Source: Piromyces finnis finn
Lineage: Eukaryota; Fungi; Neocallimastigomycota
Assembly (NCBI GenBank): GCA_002104945.1
Contig: MCFH01000006.1
Span: 248,001-312,000 of the forward strand
Length of the DNA stretch: 64,000 bases
Direction of reading: 5' to 3'
Shown: piece after piece, positions 1 through 13,925 of the stretch
Numbering within the stretch: position 1 is the first letter of the stretch
How the letters are laid out: the number at the start of each line of letters is the position of its first letter
Translations under genes and position numbers: made by a program
The notes under the pieces: model-generated
The model's input: the letters and a program-made list of their open reading frames with translations, nothing else
The model's database searches: none
What the model was told of the DNA's origin: nothing

Positions 1-1850
1 TATCATCTCTTTGGTAATATTTTTAATGGAATTTATTGAATTAAATAATTGTTGTTTAAAGGAATGTCCAGGTGATGTTTCATTACTATTTGCTATTGGT
101 GGTGCTATAGATGTTTTTATTATACTATCATGACGACTGCAAATACTAGTAATATTACTTTTATATCTTTTTCTTGGTGAGTTAATCGGTGTCTGAGTTC
201 GTATAGATTCCATTCTTGGGTGATAATTTTGTGAATCATTATTAATTGATGATGTTTTTGTACCATTTGTTTGTTTTTTTGGAGGAGGAATTATAAAATT
301 GGATGTTTTGATTGAACTAGTTTTCTTTTTATTAAAAATATAATAATAAAAGTATATAATATAAAATATGATAATTCCTATAAACATTGTTAATACTATA
401 CAATCTAAGGAATTGAATTTAGAATTATAATTACTATTATGATCTATTAAGTTTTTTAAAATAACAGATGAATATAAATCTTGATGTTCTAATGAATTTG
501 GATTAACTATAATAAATTTAATATTTAATAGATATATAAAAAAAGTATTAATATATTTTAATTCTATTGTAATTACTATGCAACCTTTATAAAATTTCAA
601 ACAATAATAATAATAATAATAATAAAATATATATACATGATGATAAACAACTTTTTACACAAGGGTATGGCCAATAATCAGGTTCGTATCTTGCTTGAAA
701 TATTTCATTGCAAGGCTTATAACATGTTTCTAACTTTATACTTTCTTTATTTGTAAGAAAGCCTTTAAAGTTATTATATCCAGCAACATTTCTTTTATAC
801 ATAAAAAGGGTTGTATTTATAATTAATATATAATAATTATAATATATTTATATTATTGAATAGTAATGAAAAATTTTTGATATAGATTATTGGAACTATT
901 TTAAAAAATAGAAAGGATACTTACAATTCTTTTAAATTTGTAAACTTTATCAAAAAGTCTAAATTTCCACTCATTGGGTTATTAGATAGATTACTTAAAA
1001 GTACATAGATATAATTAATTTAAAGGAAATATATTATTTATGATTTTTTTTATTATAACTTAAACTTACATTGTGTTAATAACTGAAATTGAGGGATAAT
1101 TTATGGATGTTATATTACATTCAAAATTTTCTATTATATTATTATCTGATAAATTTCTTTTATATATAATTAAAAATAATATATATTAAATATGAGCGTA
1201 TGAAGGAATATTGGTAATATTTTAATATTAGTAGTATTGTTTTACTGTAGTATTGTATATATTCTTTAACTTACAAGATTTTTAAACTGGGTAAATTAAA
1301 TATACTACAAGGAAAATTAATAGAAGTGGTTGATAAACCATCTAAATTACTTTTTTTTTTTTTATTTTAATTTTTTTTATTAAAAAAAAGAAAGGAAGAA
1401 GGAAAGAAAGAAAGAAAGAAAAAAGAGAGAAATTCAATTAAAATACGCCATTTCAAAATTTTAATTGTAAAATATTATAAATTGAAAGAAAAAAAAAAAT
1501 AGAATAATTCCATACACTTTAAGAATATTATTATTTTCATTACAAGATATATATTCTTCAGATATATTACAACAACGACTTGACTTATTGAAGTCTTGAT
1601 ATATTATATGAGATTTAGATATTGATAGTTCTTCTAACACTGTATATAAGATACTACAATCATTATTAGTTAAAAATGTTGTGTCCCTAACTATACTTGC
1701 ATTTGAATTCACATTGGAACTCACGTTTGCTTTATTATTATTATTATTATTGATTATTGAATTTGAATTTCCATTATTTTTTTTTCCATAAGTTTGTATT
1801 AAAAAAAATAAATTGACACCAAGTATTATAATACTGAAATGAATATTCAT
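1..1850 (-). CDS. Leucine-rich-repeat single-pass membrane protein (receptor-like), 3' end outside window
   Basis: Hand-spliced with GT-AG introns: exons approx 1850-1516, 1349-1275, 1156-1070, 993-925, 791-637, ~510-<1. N-terminal signal peptide (MNIHFSIIILGVNLFFLIQTYG), Cys-containing cap (DCSILYTVL...RCCNISEEYISCNENNNILKV), LRR-like units (IFNLPSLKILNLSDNNI; INLSNNPMSGNLDFLIKFTNLKELNVAGYNNFKG), Cys-rich C-cap, TM helix CIVLTMFIGIIIFYIIYFYYYIF followed by KKK, then a Ser/Pro/Thr-rich cytoplasmic tail open to base 1. The last splice junction is less certain. Confidence 0.75.
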
Positions 1851-4800
1851 TATTCTTTCTTAATAGTTTTTTTTTTAAAGGCGCTTTTTTTTATTGCTTA
1901 AAAAATAAATATATATATATATATATAAATGAAAGTGTTTTTTTTTTACTTTAATATTTTATTTTATATAATTATAATTATATATGTTATCGAATATATT
2001 TTAATTTAATTTTATAAAATGGTTGTTATTTTTAAAATTACATGATCTATTGTAGTATTGGGTTTTTAATAATTTCATAATAAAACAAAAATTAATATAT
2101 ATAATAATATATATTAAGTGGTTATAATATTATTTCAAAAATAATAATAATAATAATTATTATAATTAAAAAAAGAAAGAAAGAAAAAATTAGTTTATTA
2201 TAAAATAAAAGGTAAAGTCAAAATAAAATAAAAAAAAAAAAAAAAACAATGCATATATATATTTTTATAGTTTTTTTTTTAATTAATTAATATAAAGTTT
2301 TATAGAATTATTATTTTTTTATTTTTTTTTATTTTATCTTATAATAATTAATGTAGAAAAGTATAATGTGAATAAGTAAAGTTTTTTTTAAACTTTTTAT
2401 TTCACCTACAAAAGATGGTTTTAACAAAAATCACTTTAAACTTTATTTCTATTTATTTTATTTTAATTAAATTTTTTTAAAAAAAAAAAAAAAAAATAAA
2501 AATATAAATAATAAAATTTTTTAATTTATTTTAATTAAAATTTTTTTTATTTTAAAAAGAAATTAAATTTTAATTTATTTTTTTTTTTTTTTTTTGATAG
2601 ATAGAATAAAAATAAGATTAATACTGAAAAATGGTAAATAGGGTATGAAGAAAGAAGGGAAAGAAAATATTTAAAAAAAGAAAAATAGAGAAATAGAACA
2701 TAGATTAATGGTAAAGAAACACAATACAATTGATATAAAAAAAATTAATCTTTATTATGAATTTAGGTAAATATTTTATAATTATAAAATATTTAATTAT
2801 ATTAAAACTTTAATTTAAAACATGATTTTAAATATAATTTTTACTTTTACTAATTATGGTATATATTTTGATGATGGTGTTGATAAATAAAAAAAAAAAA
2901 ATGTATGAGTAATAATAATAAGAGGTAAAAGAGTGTCAAGGCATAATAAAAGAATAAGAATAATAGAAATAATAAGAACTACGAATTACTATTATACTAA
3001 TTAGATAATATATATAATTAATGCATCATTCATAAATTAAGAGTTAAAATATTTATATAATAATATGTTAAACTGCATTATCTTACATATATCTATAAAA
3101 GAGAATTTTATTTTTTTATACATATATATATGAAAATGTACATAAATAAAAAAGGTTTTTATTAATAATTAGTATTATTTTATGATATCCATTCATAAAT
3201 ATTTTTAATATGATTTTCAATTTGGGTTTAAGGCTAGAGCAATATAAACATTTTTAGAAAATTATCGAAAACCATTATATAACATATAATTCAAGTATAT
3301 ATACAATTGGGTTGATTAATTTTTAATCTATCATTTAATATATATGTATATACTTTTGTAAAGATATTTAAATAATAATTAAAAAAGTGAATCATTTCCA
3401 ATGAATTTTACATATTAACTTTTAGAAATAAATTGTATTTAATAAAATCAAAGATGAAATGCAAATCATAATTTTTTTTTTTTTTAAAAAAATCTAATAG
3501 ATTTAATTTTTATTGTCTTAATAACATTAGAATATGAAAAACTTTTCTATAATAAATATAGATTAATAAGGAATGTATTTTTATCTCGTATATCTAAAAC
3601 ATTATCTTTCATTTTTATATTATAAAGTATATTATTATGTAGTTTGTAATGATAATATTATAAAATAAATATAGTAGATAAAAAATATATTTTAATTTAT
3701 TTTATGTACCATCAGAGTTTAATTAAAATAGGATTAAAAGTCATTTATCTTTAAACACTTCATCAAATAGTTTAAAAGTAATAAAAAAAAAATCCTTTTT
3801 TTTTTTTTTTTTTTAATTTTAGATATCAATACTTCATTTATTAGAGATTTCAGTTTACTTATAAAAAGTAAATAATATACTTTAACGTTTAGGTTCATTA
3901 TTATTATTTGATTATATTTAAATTATGATAAAAAATACATATTAAAAAAAGTTTAAATTTTTTATGATTTAAAAAAAATGATATTAGACAATTAAAAAAC
4001 CTTTTAAAATACTATTTAAATAGTAATAAGAATTGGAAAGAAAGAAAGAAAGAAAAAAAAAAAAGAAATGTAGAATAATAAAATAAAATAGATAAATTAT
4101 ATTCTAATAAAGTATGAAAGGTCATCACTACAATTGATTTAACTTTTTAAAAATTTTAAAAAAAATTTTTTTTTTTTTTAAACTAGGAAGAGAATACACT
4201 TTATTTGAAATATTACATTGTATTAGGTGATAATACATATTGATATAATAAATGATAAATAAATTTATACAAATATGCCTATTGATATTTTAATAGAGAT
4301 TAAAAAGAAAAAAAAAAAGAAAAGAGAGAGATGTCCAAGATAGAATAAGAATCAAATTTGATAGGATTCGTTTTACTAACCTATCTTTGAAAAAGGTATT
4401 AGTAAATTATTCCGCAGTAAAAATACTTTGCAAAAAAAAAAAAATTCATTCCCTGGAATTAGTTTATTATTAAAAATTTTGTTGCTGCTTAAAATTCAAA
4501 TTCAAATATAAAATATCCTTTTTTACTGATTTAAATAAAGTTTATTTTTTTTACTCTTCATGATTAATTCATAATCAACACATCATGTATAAAAGAATTG
4601 TAAAAAAAAAAAATTTTTTTATAAATTATGTGCTTTTATTCTTTATTTCTTGTTATTTTTTTCTTTTTCTCTAAAAAAAATATTTAATCTACATTTCTAT
4701 AAAAGGTAGGATACATTAAATATTTCAAACATTTTATTTCATGAAAATGTTTTTTTTTTTCCCTATTTTTCGTTTTTTCTTTATTTTTTCTTTATTTTTT

Positions 4801-4938
4801 TTTTGTTCTATTATTTTTTTTCCAGATTGCTTAATTTCAATACTGTTATAACAGGTTCAATTTTTCTGTTGGTTTACATCAGAAAAATGGTTTTATCTAT
4901 ATATGTAATTATTCATAATAGTTTAAAAAAAATCACAT

Positions 4939-6171
4939 TTAGAATTCCTTCTTAATGTTCTTTGGGTAGGTAGCACCACTTTGTTGAAGAACGATGTTAG
5001 CAACAAAATTACCGGCATCAATGCATCTTTCGAATGGTTGGTCTTGAACGAGTTGAGAAAGGAAACCACCAACGAAGGCATCACCAGCACCGTTCTATAT
5101 ATCACATCGAAAAAAAATATCATTAAATATTGAAAGTTTTTTGATTTATCATTTTTTTATAGATAGGTAATTTTGAATAGTTCAAGGAAGAAATACAATG
5201 TAAATATAAATGAAATAAAAATATATATATTAATAAGAAATAGGATAACACAAAAGTTAAAAAAATACATATCATTTGCTAAATTTAAATATAATTCCAC
5301 TTACAGAATCAACGATAGCAGACTTTTCTAAATCGTAAACTGGGTATTCAGTAACCTTACCATCACGAGCAACAATAGTTGGTTCAGCACCTTGAGTGAT
5401 GACAACAATTCTTGATCTGGACTTGTTAACCTTTTCAATAGCGGCCATCTTTAAGGCAATTTCCTTAACATCCTTAGTACCGTAGTTGTGGGAATCAGCG
5501 AAAGCAATAGCTTCAGATTCATTACCGAAAATGATATCCCAGTATGGAGCGGCTTCATCTAATAAGTTAGAGTAGAATTGTGGAAGGAATGGAGCAGAAA
5601 GGTTTTGAGTGAAGACCTTGTTGTTTTCAGCAGCGTGCTTAGCAACAGCCATAATAGATTCATGAGAGTGGGTGAAGAAGAAACCACCAATGTAGTAGAA
5701 CTTAGCCTTTTCAACAAGTTCCCAGTTTTCTGGCTTCTTTAAGTGTTCAATACTGTACTTATCAGCAGCAGATAAGTTAGCAACTAAAGATCTGTTGTTG
5801 TCAGTAATTAAACAGGCACAAGTACCAGTTGGAACATCGTTGTACATGTATTGGACGTTAACACCATCTTCTTCAGAGGCACTTTCGAGGGCCTTGGCGA
5901 AATCATCCTTACCAACACTACCAATGAAAGAGGTAGAGTTTGGTGGAAGAAGCCATTGAGCACCTCTAATAGAGTTTTGAGTAGCACCACCAGCAACGTA
6001 AGTAATCTTGTAGTTGTTCTTGAGTTCTTCATAAATTGGCATGTGCTTTTCTTCAGCCATGATAGAGTCGTTGGCATTTAAGTTGTACTTAGTAAGCATG
6101 TCCTTAGAGACATCGGCAATCATATCAAGAAGAGGATTACCCATACCAAGAAGAATTCTTTCAGTACTCAT
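4939..6171 (-). CDS. ADO1: Adenosine kinase (PfkB/ribokinase family), 2 exons
   Basis: Exon 1 6171-5305, intron GTAAGT...ATAG, exon 2 5094-4939. Contains LLGMGNPLLD, AGGATQNSIR, TGTCACLIT, NRSLVANLSAA, NLSAPF, FGNESEA and VVITQGAEPT. Splicing restores the anion-hole motif DSNGAGDAFVGGFL. Many C-ending codons (AAC, TAC, TTC) suggest high expression. Confidence 0.97.
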
Positions 6172-6542
6172 GTTGCTTTATATATAAATATATATATTTA
6201 ATTTATATAAAAAAACATTAAAATTATTAATTTATAATATTTTTATTTTTTATTATTTTCTCTTTATTTCAAAAATAAAATTGTGTTTTCTAGCAATAAT
6301 TTTGAATTTTAATATTGATGAATATACAATTAACTTCATATTATTTTTTATTGATGTTTATCAATTATATGTTATTTATTTATTATTTTATTTTTGATTA
6401 TCTTTTTTTTTTTTTCCTTTATTTTTTAATTTAAATGAACAATTATTATTTTTTTTGGAATTTAATACTTTTTTTTTTTTTTAATATTTCCTTTTTTTTT
6501 TTTTTCTTCTTCTTCTTCTTTTCTCTATCTTTCACTCATTTT

Positions 6543-6615
6543 ACCAATGATTGATTCTTTCTTTTAAAAGTAATGCTATTTACATTAACCGAAAATTTGG
6601 TGTTATTGCCAATTT
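6543..6615. promoter_or_regulatory. CCAAT-box cluster in the divergent ADO1/SF3B6 intergenic region
   Basis: CCAAT/ATTGG occurs in both orientations (ACCAATGATTG at ~6543; GCCAATTTCATTGG at ~6609) between two head-to-head genes. Motif match only. Confidence 0.3.
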
Positions 6616-7502
6616 CATTGGATATAAATAATGGGAAAATAATTTATTTAATCCTTTCTTGTAACTCATTCAATAAAAAGTTTCAAATGAATTAAGAACA
6701 AAATACATAAAAAAAAAATAAAAAAACATTTATAAAAATAAATAATATTCCTCCTTTCTTTTTTTTTTTTTTATTTTACCTTTTTTTATTTATTTATTTT
6801 TAAAATATTATAAATAGTATATAAATATTTTTTTTTTAATTGTAAAGCTTTCAATAATTTTGGCTGGTTCCCTTTTTTTTTATAATTATGATAGAATGAA
6901 TCATGTAATTAAGATCTTTGAATCATTGGATGATATTGAAATGTTTTGAAATATGATTGGTTTAAAAATGTAATAAAGTACATTATTTATTAAATCTATG
7001 TAAATAAAAAAATGGATTATGTTATATATAGATGGGACAAAGCAAAATTAAAAAAAAAAAGCATTTTATATTAATATTCTTTTGGGTAGTAAGGAATATG
7101 AATTGTTTTATTTTTTTAAAATATTATATTTTATAATATAGTTATTTAAAAATTAGTTTAGATAATTAATGCTTACTCTTTATAAAACCATAACTATACA
7201 AATAGAACTATTATATTTATCATTACTTTATACAGACTTGAAAATTTTTTAATTATTATTAAATAATAATAATAATAATAATAATAATATATTTAATTTA
7301 TAATATTTATAAAAAAAATAATAATTAAAAAATTTTTTAATAATTAATAAATTTTTTTTACATATATATTAATAAAAAAAACAAGAAAAAGAAAAAGAAA
7401 TTCTTTGAAATTTAATTTCATTATAAAGTAAAAAAAAAAAGGGAAATTATAAGTCTTTATAATCTAATAACAAAAAAAAAAAAAAAAACTTTAAAATAAA
7501 AA

Positions 7503-8746
7503 ATGGCTTTAGCTGCAAAAGCTCGTGCTAATGTAAAAATCAAATAAAAGAAAATGTTTATTTAATATATTATTATCATTTTCAATAGTAACTTTACCAT
7601 GTGATGAGAAATGTTCATTGGGTTGATTTTATATATAATTGAAAATGAATTATTTTATTTTATCATAATGAAAATAGCAACTATATTTAAAATGACATAA
7701 TTGGTAACAACAACAATAATAATAAGAGTTCAACAAAATAATCTATTAAAATATAATAATGAAAATAAAGGAAAAAAAAAAAAAGGTTTTCAATATTAGG
7801 AAAGATTAATAATAAATTTTATATTTTCAATCTTTATTTTTGAAAAAAAAAAAAAAATAAAATAAATATTACAACATTCAAATTAACAAAATATAAAATT
7901 TATCATTGTATAATACCTAAAAAGAAACTTGGAAAGAAAAATAGTAAAATGTTCTAAATTTTTTATTTTTTTTTATATTATTAAATTTAAATGGATTTTT
8001 CATTTCCATAATGGAATCACAAAAATTAACAAAAAAAAAAAAAAAAAAAAAAAAAACATAATATAATATGATATTACACTTTATTATTTCTCTAATTTTT
8101 TTTTTTTTTTTTTTACAAAATTTCATTATACACACCATTAATAAAATACAAAATGTTATTAAAATCATAAAAATTTAATTAATTAAAAAAAAGAAATATT
8201 AATCAAAGAAAAAAAAAAACTTTACCCTTTGAATCTTTTGTGGAAAATCATTACATTTTTTTTTATATTGATAATAATATATTAATCTATTACTATAATA
8301 GTTATATATACATTTCTTATTCTTATAAATATATATTTTTTTTATTATTATCATTAAAATAGATAAGACTTCCACCAGAAGTTAATAGAATATTATTTGT
8401 AAGGTAAAATAAATTTTGACAATCTCCCCATTATTATTTATCAGAATGTATATTTATATATTTAAAAAAATATATTATTTGTAACTAACATTATATATAT
8501 TTATTATTATTATTATTTTTGTTATATAAAAAAAAAAAAAGAAATCTTCCATTTAAGATTACTAGTGAAGAACTTTATGATTTATTTGGTAAATATGGTG
8601 CTATTAGACAAGTATGTAAATGACATATAGATAAAACAGTTTTTATTTTTTATTTAAGAATAGATATATTAATACAACTTTTATCAACTTTTTATATAAT
8701 ATATTATATATATCATTATAAATTATATAATTTTTATTTTTATTTC

Positions 8747-8796
<50 letters not shown>

Positions 8797-9087
8797 ATAA
8801 TATTATTATAATCCATCGATGGTCTATCTACATCCGTATATATTATTTATAAAAATTTTCATTAGATTAGATTAGGTAATGCTAATGATACCCGTGGAAC
8901 TGCCTTTGTTGTCTATGAAGATATTTTTGATGCTAAAGCTGCTTGTGATCATTTATCTGGATTTAATATTATGGGAAGATATTTAATTGTACTTTATCAT
9001 CAACCAAATAAAACGCAAAAGAAAAAAGATCTAGCAGCAAAAGAAAAAGAGTTGAACGATATGAAAAAGAAATATGGTGTAGAATAA
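7503..9087 (+). CDS. SF3B6: Splicing factor 3B subunit 6 (p14, branch-site RRM protein of U2 snRNP), 4 exons
   Basis: Exons 7503-7532, 8363-8403, 8542-8611 and 8866-9087 give [93 protein letters not shown]...KKKYGVE*, which matches p14/SF3B14 closely. Missed by the ORF track. Confidence 0.96.
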
Positions 9088-10054
9088 AAAAAAAATCCTT
9101 TTTTTTTTTTTTTTTTCAAAAATTTTCAATAAAAAATCTATTTTTTTTTTTTTTAAATATATATATATATATAATCTATAAAATATATCGAATTTTTAAA
9201 AATAGTATAATATTTAAAAGATACTACTCTGCAAGGGAAAAAAAAAGTAATATTATATATATATTTATCAACCACTATTAAAACATTTATTATATTTCTA
9301 TATATATTTTAAAGCTATATTTTTATTAGCCTCCATAATATTTGTACATTATAATTATATTATTTCACTATTTTTTTATTTAAAAAAAGAATTTTTTATA
9401 TCCTTTTTTCTTTTTTTTTTTTTTTTACTTTTTTCAATTTATATAGTCATACAATAAATTTATATCTATATATGAATAAAATAAATAAGTAAAAAATACA
9501 TATAATAAAACAAGTGTATATGGTAGTTGAATGTTTATAATAAAAAGTATTTCATTAAATTGAGAAGAAAAAATAAATTGTAATGTTTTTTTTTTTTTAA
9601 CGAATTCATTTTATATTGATAATATAAAAATTAATACAATCTTAATTATTTGAAATTTATATATATAAAAAGAATAGTATACTACACACCCTCGAAACAT
9701 TATAATAAATTGTTAAAAAAAAAAAAAAAAGAAAAGAAACTACCTTTTTTTTTTTTTATCTATTATTTATTTTTTTATGATGATTATTTTTATTTTATTT
9801 TGTTATATATTTATATATATATATATATAAAATAATAAAAAAAAAAAAAAATTGTAAAGAAAAAATGATAATAATTTACGATTTTAAAAAAATTCTAAAA
9901 TAAAAAAGATTATTTCTCATAATAGTAATACAAATATAATACTTTAAAAAAAAATTTTTTTTTCCTTTCTTTTAATAAATAAATTAAAATTAAATAAAAT
10001 TAAAGAGAGAAAAAAAAAAAAAACACTAAATTTCAAGTGTTTTTTTTTTAACAT

Positions 10055-13000
10055 CTATTCTTTTTGAGCAGTTGCGGCTGCTTTAGCAGCAGCAGCTTCA
10101 GCTTCATAATCTGGGAAACCCCATAAACTACAATAATCAGTAAATATAGATGGAGTAATATTTGATTTCATAATAGCAGTAGCTGGTGATTTCTTTACCT
10201 TTTTATTTAATTCGGATTCAACAAACTATATTCAATAATAATAAAAATATATTTTTATATTAACGATAAATGAAAATATATATTTATTTAAAGATATATT
10301 TATAACTAGAGCGCAAAAGAATAAAGTATTATTTTTTAATATATATAAAAATATATATTGAAAAAAAAAAAAAAAAAAAAAGCTTACAGTTGAATAGGTT
10401 TGATCAAGGAAATCTTCAAGATCATATGGTTCCTTTTTGAAATCACTAGTAAAGATATCACCTAATGAAGCAAGATCACCAAAGTAGTGTTTTCTAAGAG
10501 CCTATTGACATTTATTTTTTTTTTTTTTAAAAAAAAGTATATAGATATATATATAAATATAAATAACATTAAAACTTTTAATATTTAAAAAAAAAAAAAA
10601 AAAAAAACTAGAATAAAATAGTTTATTTACATTTAATTCCCATAATGAACTTTCCATAGCACCACTCTTTAATGGATCTTTTTCATTCATATCAAATTTA
10701 TCTATAATTCAAAATAATAAACACACATAAAAAAAAAATTGATTGATTAGAAATAGAGTTTGAAAAAAAAAAAGATTTTTTCTTTCCTCCTATTAAATTT
10801 AAAAAGTATTTATATATTTTACCAGTTTTAAGGTTGCCTTCACGATGAATCATAACCATACATGATGGATGACGTTTCATTAATGAATAAATTAAAGGTA
10901 TAACAATAACAACACCTGATGGTGGAGAATAAAGAGCAAGTCTAGCCATTTTCTTTATGAAAGCAGCAACAATATAGGCTGGCATATGTCTATATTTTAA
11001 ATTTAAATATGATTATTAAAATAGGACCAATACATTGAAAAAAAAATTTTTTTTTTTTTTTAATCTACTTGTTGACAATATTTAAAAAATAAAAAAAAAA
11101 AAATAGATAAAAAATTATATATATATATAAATATACTTACGATGATGTAAAGAATAAATCAACAAGACGGAAGAATCTTGAACGATATTTAATATGCATA
11201 AGATCATTATCAAATAAGGCGTATAATTTAGTAAAGAATTCTGGATAATCTCTGTTGAATAAAAATAAAAAAAAGAGTTAGTTTTTCTGAGGTTCTATTG
11301 CTTCCCATTTTTAATTATATATATAAAATCGTAAATAATAATAATGATGATGATTTTGCATCGGGTATAATTTAGTTTGAAGGGGGAAATTTGAGTGGGA
11401 TAGGAAACTTACAAATTATGTTCATTCATTAAAGTAAAAAGACCATTAAGAGCTAATAAACTAATAGCACCACCTTCATTATAAGCATCTGTTAAGAAAT
11501 CAATTAATCTTACAGGGTTTGTCATGAATGGTATAATACGTTTATTAATAATTAAAAGAACACGTTTATAAATTGGAACAGTTAATGGTAATCTTAAAAA
11601 GGCTAACCAAGCATCACCAAAAACTTGATTATGACCTTTAACGGTTAATAATGGATGTTTAACTTTTTCTTCTGAATCACCCTTAAGTTCTATTTATAAT
11701 TATTGTTGTTGTTGTTGTTGTTATCAATATTGCAAGGATTGTTATTTTTTATTGTTGATATTATCAATGCCATAAAGTAATTTAATCATTAAAATAAAAT
11801 AAATTAAAAGGATAAAAAAAAAGAATGTGTGTGTGAGATTTTAATTTAATATTTTTTAAAAAAATCTTTTTATTTCTTTTCTTTCAAAAGTACCTGCTGG
11901 GTTTAAAATAAAAAAAGTTTCAATTTGACTATCATCCATTGGCATATTTTGAATTTCACTTATTAATGAATATAAAGTATTTACAGAAACATTGTAGGCT
12001 TCTTCATCAGACTTTTCATCATTCTTTAACATCATTTTTAAAAGTTTTATCATTTTTATATTACATAGAGATTAAAAAAAAAAAGTTAGTATCCCTTAGA
12101 TATAAATTATTTAAATAGGTAATTTTTTTCACTTGTTCATTATTTAATGACTTACCTTTTTAGCTTTTTTAACATTTGCGGAATTATTAACAACAGTTCT
12201 TTATATAAAATAATGAATAATGTTTTTTTTTTTTTTTTTCATATTAATTATTTATTTATTAATATAAAAATAAAAAGCCAATAAGGTTAAAAAAAAATAA
12301 TAATAATAATTTATAAATTGAGGTTTGTTTTTTTTATACTTACTCAACAGCCTTTAAGAAATAATATCTTAAATCATCGTAGGAATCAATTTGTTCCAAT
12401 AAGGCATCATAAAAAGTTTTATTCAAGTTTTGACATAATAAAATAGCTTTAACTGTTGGAATAAATATTTTGTTATTGATAACTAAAAATCCTTTTTGTA
12501 AACTAAAGAAAGTGGTTTCATGTTTAATAAATTCAAATAAAGTTTTTAAAGTAATGATCTACGAGAGTAAATTGTAATATTTTTTTTTTCAAATTTTCAA
12601 CAATGGTAACAGTACCAATAGTAAATGAATAATATTTATATAGACATATATAAAAATATTTTATATATTTTATATACAGATTAATATAGGTAATTATATT
12701 TTTTTTTTCCTAGTTTAAATTATTTTATAAAATTAAAAAAAAAAAATAAAATTTTACTTGAATAGCTGGTTCATCATTTTCGAATAAAGTTAATAAATAA
12801 GAAATAAAATTGGCATAATTATCCTTTAACCATTGATTAACCATCTTTTTCTTATCGTTACTTTTTTCATCAAAAGTTAAAATAGAAGGAAGATAATGAC
12901 TGAAAATCTTTTTTAATGAAACAATGGTAGTGTGAATAATTTCATCATCTGAACTTGACTATAAATAGGTATGAATAAATATATATTATTGAATTGTTGT

Positions 13001-13720
13001 TGTTTCGTTTTATATATATATATATATAATTTTTGTTTTTATTTTCATAAGATTTCCAAGTATAGTACAAAAAATTTTATATATAGAAAGAGATAGGATA
13101 AATTAGAGATTTGTTATTAAAAATGGTCATTAATATTTCCTTTTTTTTTTTAGTTATTTCAATTCCAATATCGGTATAAAAATAAATAAAGATATATGAG
13201 ATATATAAATAAATAAATTTTCTTGTTATATTAACCTTTAAAATAGTAAAAATTTCAACAATGTTATTCAAATTCTTTTTATCATTTATACAATCCTTTT
13301 CAAGTTTTCTTATTTGTTGTTTAGTAATTCCTTCTACTTTTTTTTCTTTGGCATTGGCATTACCAATCTTTTAGAAATAGTAATATAGCAATATAAAAAG
13401 ATAGTAATATATAATAATAACAATATAAAATAGAATATATATGTATACATGTATATATATATATATATAAAAGGAGGGGTTAAAAAAAATATATTATTAT
13501 TATTATTATTATTTATAATTCAGATTTCTAAATTTAAATTTCATTATAAAATTTAAAAAACATTTCGTTATATAATTCTTTTTTTTTTTTTCTATGTATA
13601 TAATTATAGACATTGTTTTTTTTATATATATATAATATAATGGTAAATAAATGAAATATAGTAATTTGTTTAGAATTTACATACATCGTTTTCATCTCTT
13701 TTTCTTTTATTACTTTCCAT
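10055..13720 (-). CDS. NOC4: Nucleolar complex protein 4 (CBF/Mak21 family; SSU processome), 12 exons
   Basis: Spliced from MESNKRKRDEND (13720-13685) through 12 GT-AG exons. Hallmark segments: LLALNGLFTLMNEHNLDYPEFFTKLYAL, HIKYRSRFFRLVDLFF, MPAYIVAAFIKKMARLALYSPP, KDPLKSGAMESSLWEL, ALRKHY. Stop TAG at 10055-10057. Confidence 0.93.
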
Positions 13721-13919
13721 TTTATTTTATTTTATTTTTTTAAAAAAAAAAATGTATCTCTATCTATAATAAATAATTAAAAGAAATAATGAAATATTTT
13801 TTTAAAAAAAAAAAAAAAAAAAAAATTAAAATTTTTCCATAATATTATTGGTTGATCAATTATTAATAAATTTATTCATGTCATATATTTATGGAATAAT
13901 AAAATAGAATTATTTATAC

Positions 13920-13925
13920 CACGTG
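13920..13925. promoter_or_regulatory. CACGTG E-box about 200 bp upstream of the NOC4 start codon
   Basis: CACGTG palindrome in otherwise GC-poor upstream DNA. Motif match only. Confidence 0.3.

Noticed and set aside
911-920. GTATCCTTT (U12-type 5' splice-site consensus) on the minus strand in the LRR gene
   Set aside because: It lies 4 nt inside an ordinary GTAAGT intron. Using it would add an in-frame TAA, and I saw no other U12-type or AT-AC intron in the window.
4335-4440. Possible hairpins downstream of ADO1 (GATAGG/CCTATC, TTTACTAA/TTAGTAAA)
   Set aside because: Short, mutually exclusive, mostly A/T stems with no snoRNA boxes. Not distinguishable from background.
11290-11410. GC-richer NOC4 intron as a possible snoRNA host
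   Set aside because: No C box/D box pair on the transcribed strand and no convincing H/ACA double hairpin.
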